A stretch of 63,364 nt of DNA, filler included, from Sluysia triapertura (taxonomy: Eukaryota): the NCBI GenBank assembly GCA_046118255.1. It is 4 parts of 4 records of this genome, joined end to end, with 100 filler letters (N's around TTAATTAATTAA, not from the genome) between each part and the next. Parts side by side here need not be neighbours in the genome. Positions count along the whole stretch, not along the records: positions 40,065 to 52,237 come from JBJNIA010132179.1; 3 more parts are not named here. One strand, 5' to 3'. A program made the translations under genes and the position numbers. This document shows positions 40,783 through 52,237 of the stretch, piece after piece (position 1 is the first letter of the stretch; every line of letters starts with the position of its first letter). The notes under the pieces were generated by a model. The model did not search any database. It had not been told where the DNA came from and was given only the letters and a program-made list of their open reading frames with translations.

Positions 40783-42300
40783 TATTAAAATCCTTGCTAT
40801 ATTATGTTTAATATTGCGAATTTTATATAAGCAAAAGTACTACAGAGTACACTTGTGCTAAAATTAGTGATGATATTTGCGATATATTTTGAAAAATAAT
40901 CAAAATATGTAATAAGAATTTAAAGGATCTTATTTTTTCATATGTTTTATGTTTTACAAACGTAACTGAATGTTTTAAGAAATTACGATACGCCTTTTAA
41001 AACAGTCTGGTAAAGAATGTGATGTTTTTATTTTTAATATATTATGTGTATTTGAATTCATTCGAATTTGAAGTTACTTTATCGGAAATTCGATTTTAGC
41101 TACTTGTTAATATTATGATAAATTATGTATTAGATGTTATGATTATATTGGTCTTGCTAAATTTGAACATTTAGTTTAAGACGATTCACTTTCCGAATCA
41201 TGAGTTTTCGTGATAATCATTCAGCTTTACATAAAGAGGACCACGAGTTCTATCGCGACAAATGTAGCAAACATTCACTGACTAAGGACCTAATCTTCTA
41301 AATAGTTCTTTTATTTGATGGTTAATCGAATTTTGTGTTACTTTGAATTCAAATTAGTTATATCAAAATACGCGTTAAGAGCACTTCCTGTTTAATCAAG
41401 AGTTAACTATTAAAATTATTTATATTCATTTGTGAAGTTCTATCATCATTAATTGTACCTGAGCATTAATTGTGCCAGAAACTTAGTTACCCTGATGATT
41501 TAGGAAATATCGAAATTGGTACAAATACGACAAATGATTACCCGCGATACCGATGAACTCTAATAATCAATAAACAAATAAATTTTGTCACTTGTGGTGG
41601 CTAACCTTTTTATCCAAAATTAAAAATCTTTATTTTACATGAAATATTACAATTATTAACATCTTACATTTTACCTTTCAGATCCATTAAAACCTTTTTA
41701 TATTCCAAAACTCTGTAAACTCACAATCTCAAAACATCAAATTATACTTACATTCAAAACCATTAATGTATATTTCAAATTTCATTTAAAACATTTTAAA
41801 CTCATAATTCCACACCATTAGAATCACAATTTACATCTTAAATTATTAAAGATACATATTAGAATCAATCCAAAGCATTCCAAGTTTACAATTATTCAAC
41901 ATTTAATCAGTAACATTAACGAAAAACATTAAATTCACACGTTAAAGTCATTCTAATCCAAAAAAGAACTTCATTTAAATTAATTTTACTTTTTTTGTAA
42001 AGAACTTTAAAAGAATAAGGATTAATATGTTAAGAAAGAATTTTTTTCCAAAAGAATTTCATTTATGTAATATTAATAAGAATTTTGTAGAGAAAGTAAG
42101 GAAAAGAAGTAAGGTTTGTGTATTTTTTATATATATTATTTTAATATTATTATTAGTAGTAGTATTTTATTTTATTTTTTATTTTATAATAATAATAATA
42201 ATTATTATTATTATCATTTTTATTATCATTATAAAATTATTATTATGATCATTTTGTTAGTAACAGTATTATCATTAATTTGTATCCTTCATTAAATAGC

Positions 42301-42367
42301 CTGTCATCAATCGACAGCGTAATTAAAACCATTTTACACGACTTTACGAACTGTCGACTGATGACAG
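42301..42367. other. Inverted repeat related to the 16033-16201 module
   Basis: CTGTCATCAATCGACAG / CTGTCGACTGATGACAG (16/17 match) with a 33-nt spacer. Confidence 0.85.
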
Positions 42368-42620
42368 TTGCTTAGTACGTCGGTGTGCTCAATGCTCCTT
42401 TCGTTATTTTGTTCTGTCCAATCAATCCTATTTTTATATTCTGCTATTAATTGTTACTATTAGACGTCTAATCAAGATTAATATTACTCTTTCACGGTTG
42501 ATAAGAATAGTAAAGCAACAATTTGGAAATTTGTAGCCAAAAATAATTAGTTTAAAAAAATTATAGTACCAAAAACAATTAAAAAGTTAAGTTTCGAGTG
42601 ATAAAAAATTTACTACTATT

Positions 42621-43821
42621 ATGAATCATATTAAATCCATTACAAGAAGTAATGTTAACGACAATAATGCAAGATATAATTTAAAAACAAATCATCGATG
42701 TCATAAACATTTTTCTATTAAAACTATTTATAATGATCTTGAACGAATAAATATTGATGCTTTTTCTAACATTATTATTTCTAATGATACACCTTTTTGT
42801 TCAAGAATTAAAAATGTGTCTTATCCTGAAGATCATTATTCAATTAACCATAAAAATATTGAAGATAATATGAGGTTACTTGTTGAAGAAAATTGTGATA
42901 CGAAACATTTAACAAAGTTAGTAAACTCCGGTATTTACAACATATTTATCAATATCCATATGATTGGTAACGATAATGACAATTATGATCAAACCTTAGA
43001 TCAATACAAAGACAAGATTGATTCTTTACTTGAACTCCTAAATGATACTCTTTTAGATAAAGTGTTTAGTTATAAAGCACTTCATAAAAATCAACATGAT
43101 AATATTCGAACTATTATTGATGCCGAAATTAATAAGCAGACTTATTTACTAAAAACATTATATGGTATTACAGTTTAATTGTACATAAACATGCTGAGGA
43201 ATGTAATGTGTTCAATCGTTCTTATTTAACAGTAATTCTAATACATAGCAGGAACAAATATTTAATTGATTTTACTTTTTTTGATCATAAAGTTACATCT
43301 AAATCCGTCAAATCAGTTATTAAAGTCTTAGTTAAAAATCTTGCTAATCGTAAACATCGAGTGTACGTAATTTATATTAGTAAAACTAAGTTATGTAAAG
43401 AGAATGGCATTTTTAAAAATTGTCTTCAATTAAAAAGCTTCGAAGATACGTAGAACCAGAGTATATGTATACCTTAGCGCGTTGTATAACGAAATTATAC
43501 ATTTAGATAATTTTTTAGAATTCATAACCACATACAACAAATCAAAAAAGTTATGTAATATCTAAAAATTATTATGATGAAGCTGCTATTAATCATATCA
43601 AGTCATCATTATTATTTCATTCAAAGCATGTTACTGATGTTCCATTACCTAGTCAAAGACTTATGGCACAATGCCCATATCAATCTGATATTTTTGGAGT
43701 GTGTACCATTTTCGGCAATTCATGCATGTTTTATCACAACATAGCTCAAATCAATAAAATGAACAAGAAGCGGAATATCAGAGGCAAAGACTCGATGAGT
43801 TTTTGGCATCAATACGTTTAG
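42621..43821 (+). pseudogene. Intronless orphan gene A (stops and frameshifts)
   Basis: ORFs 42621-43178 and 43208-43453 plus further coding-like frames up to 43821, including QRLMAQCPYQSDIFGVCTIFG. Confidence 0.55.
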
Positions 43822-43841
43822 TGATCTCCACAATTCCAGCT

Positions 43842-45386
43842 TCAGTAGTCTCCAAAATCATGTACAACATGGTTTGGATTTTTATCGTTGATGTTTAATT
43901 CTATTAAAGTTATGAAATTAAATTTTCGATTAAACTTTAGGATAGTTACATGAATAATGTTTTCATTGACTTTAAAAACAAAAATTATTGGATATAATTT
44001 GAATAATGTAAACATTTCATTTACGATTAGTAAAGATACAAGGTGAAACAACATAATTTATTGTCATTTTTATAAAATATTTACAAAATATTGTTAATTT
44101 TTCTGTCAAGATGACCAACAAGTTTGATTTCGGACATTCTACCATTCTTGCCAAATCAGATATTCGTCTAAAATATAAATTTAAATTTACATGTAGTAAT
44201 AAATTGTTGGTAAGACAGAAACATACCACACGTTTCGTGGTTCTAATGTGAAATTTGTTGACCTTTTGAATATCTTTGACTTCGTTGTTTCTTAATGATG
44301 CGATACTTTTGTTTATTCTATCCATATGTTGATTGAAATTGTCGTTTCCAGTTCCTCTGTGATCAATTCCTTTAATATCGTGATAATATTTGTATTTTTA
44401 CCAATCTTCACAGATATTCCTAATTCGTTAGTCTGAGAAGTACATTGTGCCAAAAGTTTGTGTAAAACAAGTGTTGTATTCGAACTAGTAATTATGGAAC
44501 TAATGATATCCTTTTTTTGCTTGTTGAAATCGATCATTGGATTAAATTTATTCCTTTGCTTTTATTTATCATAACTTGTTGCGGTTGGAAATTTGGCATT
44601 CTTTTAAACATCATAAATGCTCTTTTGACTTTACCGAACATTTGAGATGATGGGTACATTACATCTTCGTCTGTCATCTTGTTATCCAGAATAATGTGAT
44701 TACCATTTCTCACAATAATGTTTTGAACATTGAACTTAAGATCTAAACGATTTTGATAACTTAATGATTCAAATAATAGTTCAACATATGAAATATTATT
44801 TATTATAAATGATAAATTTCTGTGCGACATGGTAGGCACTAATTGTAGTAATCTAGACGTCAATTTGACTTCTTGTTGTTCTAAAGGTTTCTACATAAAC
44901 AATAACATAACATTTAAAAGTTTGTTTATTATTTCATCAGTAACATTTTGACAAGAAGCGCCGATGTGATTAATCATAACAAATCCAAATTCAGTCTGTT
45001 TTACATGAATACAAAGATCTACAACTAAAATTGCATCAATTGCCACATTCAATAGTTCTTATATTAACGTATTTGGTAACGTGATTTTAGATATAGATAT
45101 AAAATAATAAAGATAAACTAGATCGACTGCTGCGAGCGCTTTTTCTAATTTTTTTGAATCATTGGGGCGCGATTGTGGAATATATCATTCCAACATTAAA
45201 TTAAGAACATTTAATTTATCCCAATCTAATTTTGAATAAATTAATTTTGTCTCGCGATCTATCAGTGATATTATGGAATAATTACACAATAATTTCTTCA
45301 TCGTACTTAGTTTTTTCTGAATCATCATTTACTACAAAAGCTGTGATATTATTTTTAATAATTCTATTAAAATCAGATGCATTCAT
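43842..45386 (-). pseudogene. Intronless orphan gene B (~500 aa, frameshifted), convergent with gene A
   Basis: ATG at 45386 (MNASDFNRII...). Four abutting or overlapping ORFs (44534-44863, 44313-44537, 44017-44325, 43842-44054) form one chain. Confidence 0.6.
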
Positions 45387-46352
45387 ATTGTAGGGAAATT
45401 TTAAAGTTTTTGACTTACTATGACGAGTAAATGTTTCATATGATGTTAATAAAATTAATGTCGAAAACTCAACAATGTATTGACACTGATAAGGTATGCT
45501 TACCTATTCACATACTTTTACATTACTATCACTAAATTTTAATTGATGTAACATTGGTAAGACTAAATATAAAATAAAATCTTTTTGAGCTTGATTATTA
45601 CATTTTGGTTATTATACTTGATTACCCTTGGTTATTACATTTTTCTTCTAATTACATCAATAATGCATGTAATGCTTCAAGTACATAAGTTTTATCTATT
45701 CATTAGGCACAGGAATCATCTTTTTATTGATGAATAAATTATAAGTACGACACAAAATATGAGTAATGGCCTTTACTGTCCGCTGACCACGTTAACTGTG
45801 CGTTGTCGGTAGAGAAAAGGGTGATGTTTTATTATATTAAGTTTTATGTTTAATTTATTACTTTCAATTTTTTTTAATTTCACTAACATGATCTTTCTTT
45901 TTATCTACACTTATGCAATTAACTTATTATATAATTTTTCTTTTCAGTCAAATAACACCATCTTCATTACATTTTACCTTGTGTTCATTATGCAGACGAC
46001 CAATTCACAAATACTATGCAATAGCACCGTCTTCATTTCCGCTGTCTTTACTTTTTATTCGATACTGCCCAAACTCCTTTGCCTTCTTGCCCCATGTGCC
46101 AAGTCACGACTGAAGAATGTGATATTTACTTAGAAAAGTTTTTCGGAGGAGTTACGAGTTTACTGTAAAAATATACGAGATCCGATTCCAATACTGTTGT
46201 AGCTTATAACGGACTCCAGGAGAACGCTTTCAACTTCCTACTGTTTCTGAGGTTCAAATTTTGTAAAACGGATTTCAGCTGCCAAAACCTGATTATCCGC
46301 CGGAATTGACTAGATCACAAAAGCGTAACTACAGAAGACGCCAACTTAAAAG

Positions 46353-46512
46353 TGTTAGGGTAAAAGGCCTAAAATGTGCCAAGTAGTATAATTGAATATA
46401 TTAAAAATGAAATTGTTAGACGGGGTTGATAGCTCAGTGGTAGAGCAGACGGACTGCGCAGACGTTGGTCCCGGGTTCGATCCCCGGTCAGTCCATTTTA
46501 CGAAGTCTAACA
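46353..46512 (+). mobile_element. tRNA-cored ~160-bp element, copy F
   Basis: TGTTAGGG...GTCTAACA with TSD AAAG (46349-46352 and 46513-46516). Confidence 0.93.
46423..46495 (+). ncRNA. tRNA-Cys-derived tRNA-like Pol III cassette inside copy F (not a canonical tRNA)
   Basis: Acceptor GGGTTGA/TCAGTCC, D-arm GCTC/GAGC and T-arm CCGGG/CCCGG; A box TAGCTCAGTGG, B box GGTTCGATCC and TTTT directly downstream. The anticodon arm has only 4 bp and an enlarged loop. Confidence 0.8.
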
Positions 46513-46585
46513 AAAGATTGTGTAACAATCTCTTTTTGAAGTGTAAATAGTTATCTCCTAAATATTATTATTTATTATAACATAT

Positions 46586-46760
46586 TGTGTGGAGGGCGAT
46601 AAACGATTTAAATTAAACAAATTAATAACATTTTTATTGTTTTTAATCTTTTATTAGGAAAAATGAAAACATTAATTAAGAACAATTTAACTTCAATTTT
46701 ATAATTATTAACGAAATAGGCTTAAGACCTGTAAAAATTAACGAATTTTAAACAGTAACA
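46586..46760 (+). repeat. TGTGTRGAGGG-headed AT-rich repeat (relatives at ~30500 and ~51506)
   Basis: Shared start; 46586 and 51506 also share GAACAATTTAA...ATAATTA..AAC.AA.TAGGCTT.AG.CCT. Right ends uncertain. Confidence 0.5.
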
Positions 46761-47084
46761 AGTGTGATATTTTATTACAAATCAAATAAAACAAATAAAC
46801 AACGGATATAAACGAAGTCAAATATAAAACTAGCGGTACTACAAAGGACGTTTCTGTTTATATTTTTTCAGAAGTATTGAAATTTGGTAGTATAAGTGGT
46901 GACGTAAACATTATTAAACACATTAAGATATTTCTTGGTTAACTTTGCACAACGATCTACAATCACAAATCTCCTGTTCTATAATGAGTTCACGTTCATC
47001 ATCATTATAACAATTTTCGAATGGGTTACATATAACTTCACAACACGATACAATACTTCTTGAATTTGCTGTTTCCTGTAATTT

Positions 47085-47545
47085 ATTAGTAATCACTTGA
47101 TTGCTTGGTTGTCGAATATAAGCACTTCTTGGTACAATAAATACTTCTTGATCTATTTGATGAGTTACCACTGCAAGTCGATTTTCTTCTTTCAATTTGT
47201 GTGAAATTTCTTGTTTTTCAATTTCGTCTTTATCATTTTTCAATTCTTTTAATTCTATATATTTGAATTTCACACTTGGATCCCCTGTAGATCTTTCATT
47301 CAATAAATTACTTAGTTTTACATGTTCATCTGTAAAATCTGATATTAAATTCCAATTTAAGCAATCCTTGCTGTACAGAGTTCTTTTTTCATGCATTTAT
47401 GTGATTAATTTTGTGTGATTTCCCTACACAACTATTCGAATAATTCGAGATAAATTACTCGATTTTTGCAATAAAATCACTAATCGTTGTTCAGCGGTGT
47501 TTTAAAACCGCAAAGTAAAATCCAGGTAACATCTTCTTTATATAC
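47085..47545 (-). pseudogene. RSPH9: Radial spoke head protein 9 fragment, fused in frame to unrelated sequence
   Basis: KRTLYSKDCLNWNL, GDPS, KEENRLAVVTHQIDQEVFIVPRSAYIRQP match RSPH9 segments RKTLYSLNC.EWSL and KEE.RL...I..ID..V.I.PRGA. The N-terminus is degraded and similarity stops after VITNK. Confidence 0.85.
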
Positions 47546-47908
47546 ATTCCAGTTAAAATTTAAAGTTAATTTAGTAAAATAAATTTTTGAAATTTAAAAT
47601 AAAGATAATCCGATTATTTATAATATACATATTTATCATATTTATAATATAAATTTTGGTTAATATATTTGTACTTTAATATAAATTATTTTGTAGTGTT
47701 CATATTTTTCTCTATACTTAAAGTTTGTGTAGTTTTTGGTTCAATTATCGGTTCTTTTCAAAATCTTATCACATTATTTTTAAGAATTATAAGATCATTT
47801 AAAATTTAAGAGACACGAAATAAAGAGAAAAGAAATCTCAAAAAAGTTAAGAAACTCATTAAGGAAAACTCGCTAAGAACCTCACTGAGAAATTTGCTTT
47901 ATATTAAA

Positions 47909-47948
47909 CCCAACGGCTAGCCCTAACCGATAAGGCTAGTACGTTGGG
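47909..47948. other. GC-rich hairpin with recurrent ACCG(T)A..AGGCTA motif
   Basis: CCCAACG-GCTAGCC-(11-nt loop)-GGCTAGT-A-CGTTGGG; the loop and 3' arm recur at 48610, 50827 and 50873. Confidence 0.7.
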
Positions 47949-49924
47949 GACTCCCTTTTGTTCTTTTATTCTCGCTCATTAACTAAAATAAAATCTAGCA
48001 GGTAGAAATTGAGATAATACTAAACGGTTATAAGTAAACATAAATAATTTTTTGATCTCCATTTTTTCTTCGTAATATTAATATTGTGAGGGTGGCGGGC
48101 TATAGTCGACAATGGTTGCAAAAGACAGTGTGAAATTATAACATAATTTAATATTTGACATTTATATTATTTTATTATTTATCAATATTTGACATTATTT
48201 TATTACATTTATTTTATTATTATATTATTTATAAATTGTAATTTATTAAAATATTCATTTTTATTATAGCAAAGAAATAATATTAAAATAAATTTAATAA
48301 TAATTGAGATTGAATTGAAATTAAACATTTAAAATTTTCAAATTGTTTAAATTGTTTAAATGAATTATTTTAATATTTTAGTTGTTTAAACGAACTATTT
48401 TTGAAAAAAGCAGTATGGCTACTGTGAATTCTATATAAAAACTAATGAGTTTAACAGAATTCACACAGGTCATAAAGGTGAAAACTATCTAATCTTCTCT
48501 AACATTGGGTTTTTCAATACATGTACAAAGTAAGATTTTTACTGTTAAGTTTAATCTTCTCATCGTAACTGGGAGAAGTAAAATATATAATAATTTGTTT
48601 TATACTTAAACCGTAACAGGCTAAGTTAACTTTTATTTAAAATTTTTGTACTAAATCATTAAGATTTAAGTACTAAATTGTGTATTATTATTATATTGTA
48701 CTATATTATTAATTCTTGTTATTTGAAATTTTCTGTGTACAGAGGTCTTTTCAATAATATACCTTATAGGAAGTTTTGAATTATTTATTAAAAGATTAAA
48801 ATCAATTATCATCGCTAAACCGTATATAGGGAAATCATATAAAATTCATCACACGTCATCACATAAAAACATCACTTACTTACACAGAACATTAAACAAA
48901 CTACTAGACTCATTCAAAAAACAAACATAACCATTGTGCATAATTATCACGAACTATAGCTATTGTTATTATAATTCCAGTTGTATCACAATATATAATA
49001 ATTATTAGGATTATTGTAGTACAATATATTTACCACGATTGCCACAATAACTTTCATATTAACATTAACAATACCATTATTTTAAAACAATAATTATTAT
49101 TATTGTTATTATTATTTCTTTTATTCTTATTATCAACCTTTTTTCTTATATTCTTTTGTTGCTCCGAGTTTATATATTTGTGTATATGCTTATCTGAAAA
49201 GATATATCAGAATTTTTGCTATATTTTACTGTTGTAATGGATTTTTTCTTTACATCGATTTTTCCGTTTGGCACAACCAGTTTGTATTTGACAGAATTCA
49301 GTTATGTTACATCTCTTTACTGGTACGCATTATTATGTATATTCATTGTAAATTTTAATTTGTTAATACTTTTTGCCATATTTTTATGCGAATATAGTAC
49401 AAAGATATTTAATTTATTATTATTTCATACTTAAATTCTAATTCCACAAATATTATATATATTTTTTACGGTCGTATTCATTTTATGGATTGTTTTTTAT
49501 TATGATGACGAATATTTTTCCATCTTTTATTGTGGGTTGGATTTATGCAAATATTGAATCAGTAGAAAGGAAATTAAGATATAAATTAGAATTTGATGAC
49601 ACATTAGATTCTTCAAATTCAAAGTGTTTCGGTTTATCATTTAATTTTTTATGCCAATCTGTAGTAGTGTTTGTTTTTATTGGTGTAATAATTTTTACGA
49701 TTTTTTTAAAGATCAAGTAATTTTAATACTTCAACGTTACAATAAAGTCCGACGAGTTAGTTCACAAATGAAAAAAAATTAAATCACCATGTAGAAGTAG
49801 TACTCCGATTTCTAAACCAAACACAACTAATTCAGCTTTAATGAATATATTTTATCTTTATACAATGTTTCATATTATGAATACGTTTTTAATTCTGAAA
49901 GAAAGGTTTAAAACGTATTACTTG

Positions 49925-50168
49925 AAAAATTCTACGAAACTGTGTTACTGTTATCTTAGGTCCAAGTGGTTCAGGTAAATATTAGCTGGTAAATATTAGC
50001 TAATATTTAAATATTTAAAATATTAGCTGGTAAATGTACACCGACTAAAGGAGTTATTTTATTTAATGGTCGTGCAATATCAAATTATGTTACGGAAGCA
50101 GCTTCCTACGTCACTAGTGATTTTTCCAAAAAATTGTTTCCAATCTTAACAGTTCGAGAATATTCCGT
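49925..50168 (+). pseudogene. ABCG/white-type ABC transporter nucleotide-binding-domain fragment
   Basis: VTVILGPSGSGK (Walker A), a local duplication, then KILAGKCTPTKGVILFNG...SYVTSD...LFPILTVRE. Confidence 0.85.
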
Positions 50169-50394
50169 TTAGTTATTAATCAAAATCCATTAACTAGTAA
50201 TAAAAATTATTTAAAAAAATCAATACTTTGCTTTTATAATGTGTTGGAAACAGGAAATACTGTTTGTCTCATATTTATTGTTGTTGTATTTAGAAATTCG
50301 TATTATTCAATATATGGAGCTGCATACATTATTTGTGCTAAAATGTTTTTGAGAAACTAATTTTGTTAAATGCATTGAGTTTTGTCAAATTTGC

Positions 50395-50610
50395 ATGTAT
50401 TCAAATAAACCAGTAATTATAAAGTACTGTGTAATTCAAAATTCATGTCTTGCCATATTTGATGCTTGTAATTACACTGTTCTGTATGATTCATGTTTAC
50501 AGTGTTATGATTCAACTCGTGCAAATTATTCAACTGAACAAGGTACATTACCTTGTACAATTATGAATTATGGAGATTTGGTTTGTGAAGTAGGTGATAA
50601 CCTGTTTTAA
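50395..50610 (+). CDS. Cys-rich short ORF or terminal exon of unknown gene
   Basis: Seven Cys in 71 aa, coding-like composition, and AATAAA about 40 bp after the stop. Confidence 0.3.
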   Translation: MYSNKPVIIKYCVIQNSCLAIFDACNYTVLYDSCLQCYDSTRANYSTEQGTLPCTIMNYGDLVCEVGDNLF

Positions 50611-52129
50611 TCAGAGTTATATGTTTTTTAATTTTTATTTGCTGTTTTAATAAAAAAAATAAATTTAGTGGTTTTTTGTTAAAATTGCCAAGTTTTAATG
50701 TTGTTTTAATGTTGAATTTTAATTGTTTTTTATTAAAGAAATTTTTAAACTTTTTTGGTAAAGATATAAAAATAAATAAAAATAATTATAATTTATTAAT
50801 ACTAAAGAACAAAAAACCCTACCCACACCGTAATAAGGCTAGCTAAAAATCATATAAAGTTTTCTAAATTAGACCGTAAAAGGCTAATTTAAAATGTTTT
50901 ATTAAAGTTAGGCTAACTCAAAATCTTCTAAAATATATTTAATTTTTGATAATTATTAAATGCAGCCATTCATCTAACTAAACATTTTTAAAGTACGTGA
51001 CTCTTCTAAGTCAGATTTTATTACTTTTTCAAAGCCTAATAGACTGCCTTCGACGGATATAAGACGTTTCTGTTAGGTGAACTCACCTTCAGAGTTATAT
51101 TTTGCATTATAAGTCTAGAAATTCATTGCAATGTGTTGCAAAAAATCCTGTTGGCAAGCTGTTGTGGAAGTCCTGGATCACAGACCGATTCTTTGAATAA
51201 TTATCCAATAATCATCCTATACCATCTTCATTAAGAACTTCTATCATTGAATTACATTGAATTATAATATTTATTATATTATATTACATCAAAATTAGAA
51301 GAATTAAATTTAAGTAACATAAAACAATTAGCATTTGAACGTACCACGACCGGTCAAATGACCGTTTTTAGTTTTCATTTTGAAAAACTATGAAAATGTA
51401 CTGTTTTTTACCATTTTATAATTTGACTTTTAATTTTGTACATAAAAAATTAATTTACATTATTAAAAAATTATATTATAATAAATCTGATGATCGGTGA
51501 TGGTATATGTGGAGAGGGCTTCTCTTTTTAAAATTTAACAAATAATATAGAGCATTAAAATTTTCAATTAATATGGAACAATTTAAACAAAACTTAATAA
51601 TAATTAACAAAGTAGGCTTTAGGCCTTTAAAAGACAAAAATTATAATTAAATATGAACAAGATTTAAAGATTTATTAATGTAAATGATAAATGATGTATA
51701 AATAGAATTTTAATTAGTTGATAAATGATGTATAAATAGAATTTTAATTAGTAATGAGATGTTAATATAAAAATGTATAAATAAAATTTTAATTATTAAT
51801 TTTAACTATTTTAATTGTGTAAATATTTATTTTAATTGTGTAAATATTATAAATAGAATTGTATATTGATGCATATGAAAGTAAATGAAATTTAATAAAA
51901 TAAACAGAATGGTTAAAAATAGTTTAAACATTTAAATGTAAATATTGACAATTTTCTTAATTAAATATAATAAATAAAATAACCTTTGTAATTTAAAATT
52001 TTAATTTTAATATTTTTAACTATGCTACTAAACTATTCTACTAAAGAAACACATATATAAACAACTTACAAAAATCTTAAACACACATAAAATTATTCTT
52101 AAAAATCTTTAAAAACTTTATTTTGAGTC

Positions 52130-52237
52130 TGAATATTAGTTGGAACGTTGTTCGGTCAATTTTTGGAAATTGAATATTAGTTGGAACGTTGTTTGGTAAA
52201 TTTTTGGAAATTGAATATTAGTTGGAACGTTGTTTGG
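52130..52237. repeat. 41-bp tandem repeat running into an assembly gap
   Basis: TGAATATTAGTTGGAACGTTGTTYGGT.AATTTTTGGAAAT starts at 52130, 52171 and 52212. Confidence 0.95.

Noticed and set aside
42027-42248. Hydrophobic Ile/Phe/Asn-rich short ORFs (also 18853-19134, 52633-52890, 58137-58325)
   Set aside because: Translations of AT-rich or microsatellite DNA with no coding signal.
14436-45386. Alternative genetic code or programmed read-through explaining the many in-frame stops
   Set aside because: All three stop types and frameshifts occur together, as expected from ordinary decay or sequencing error.
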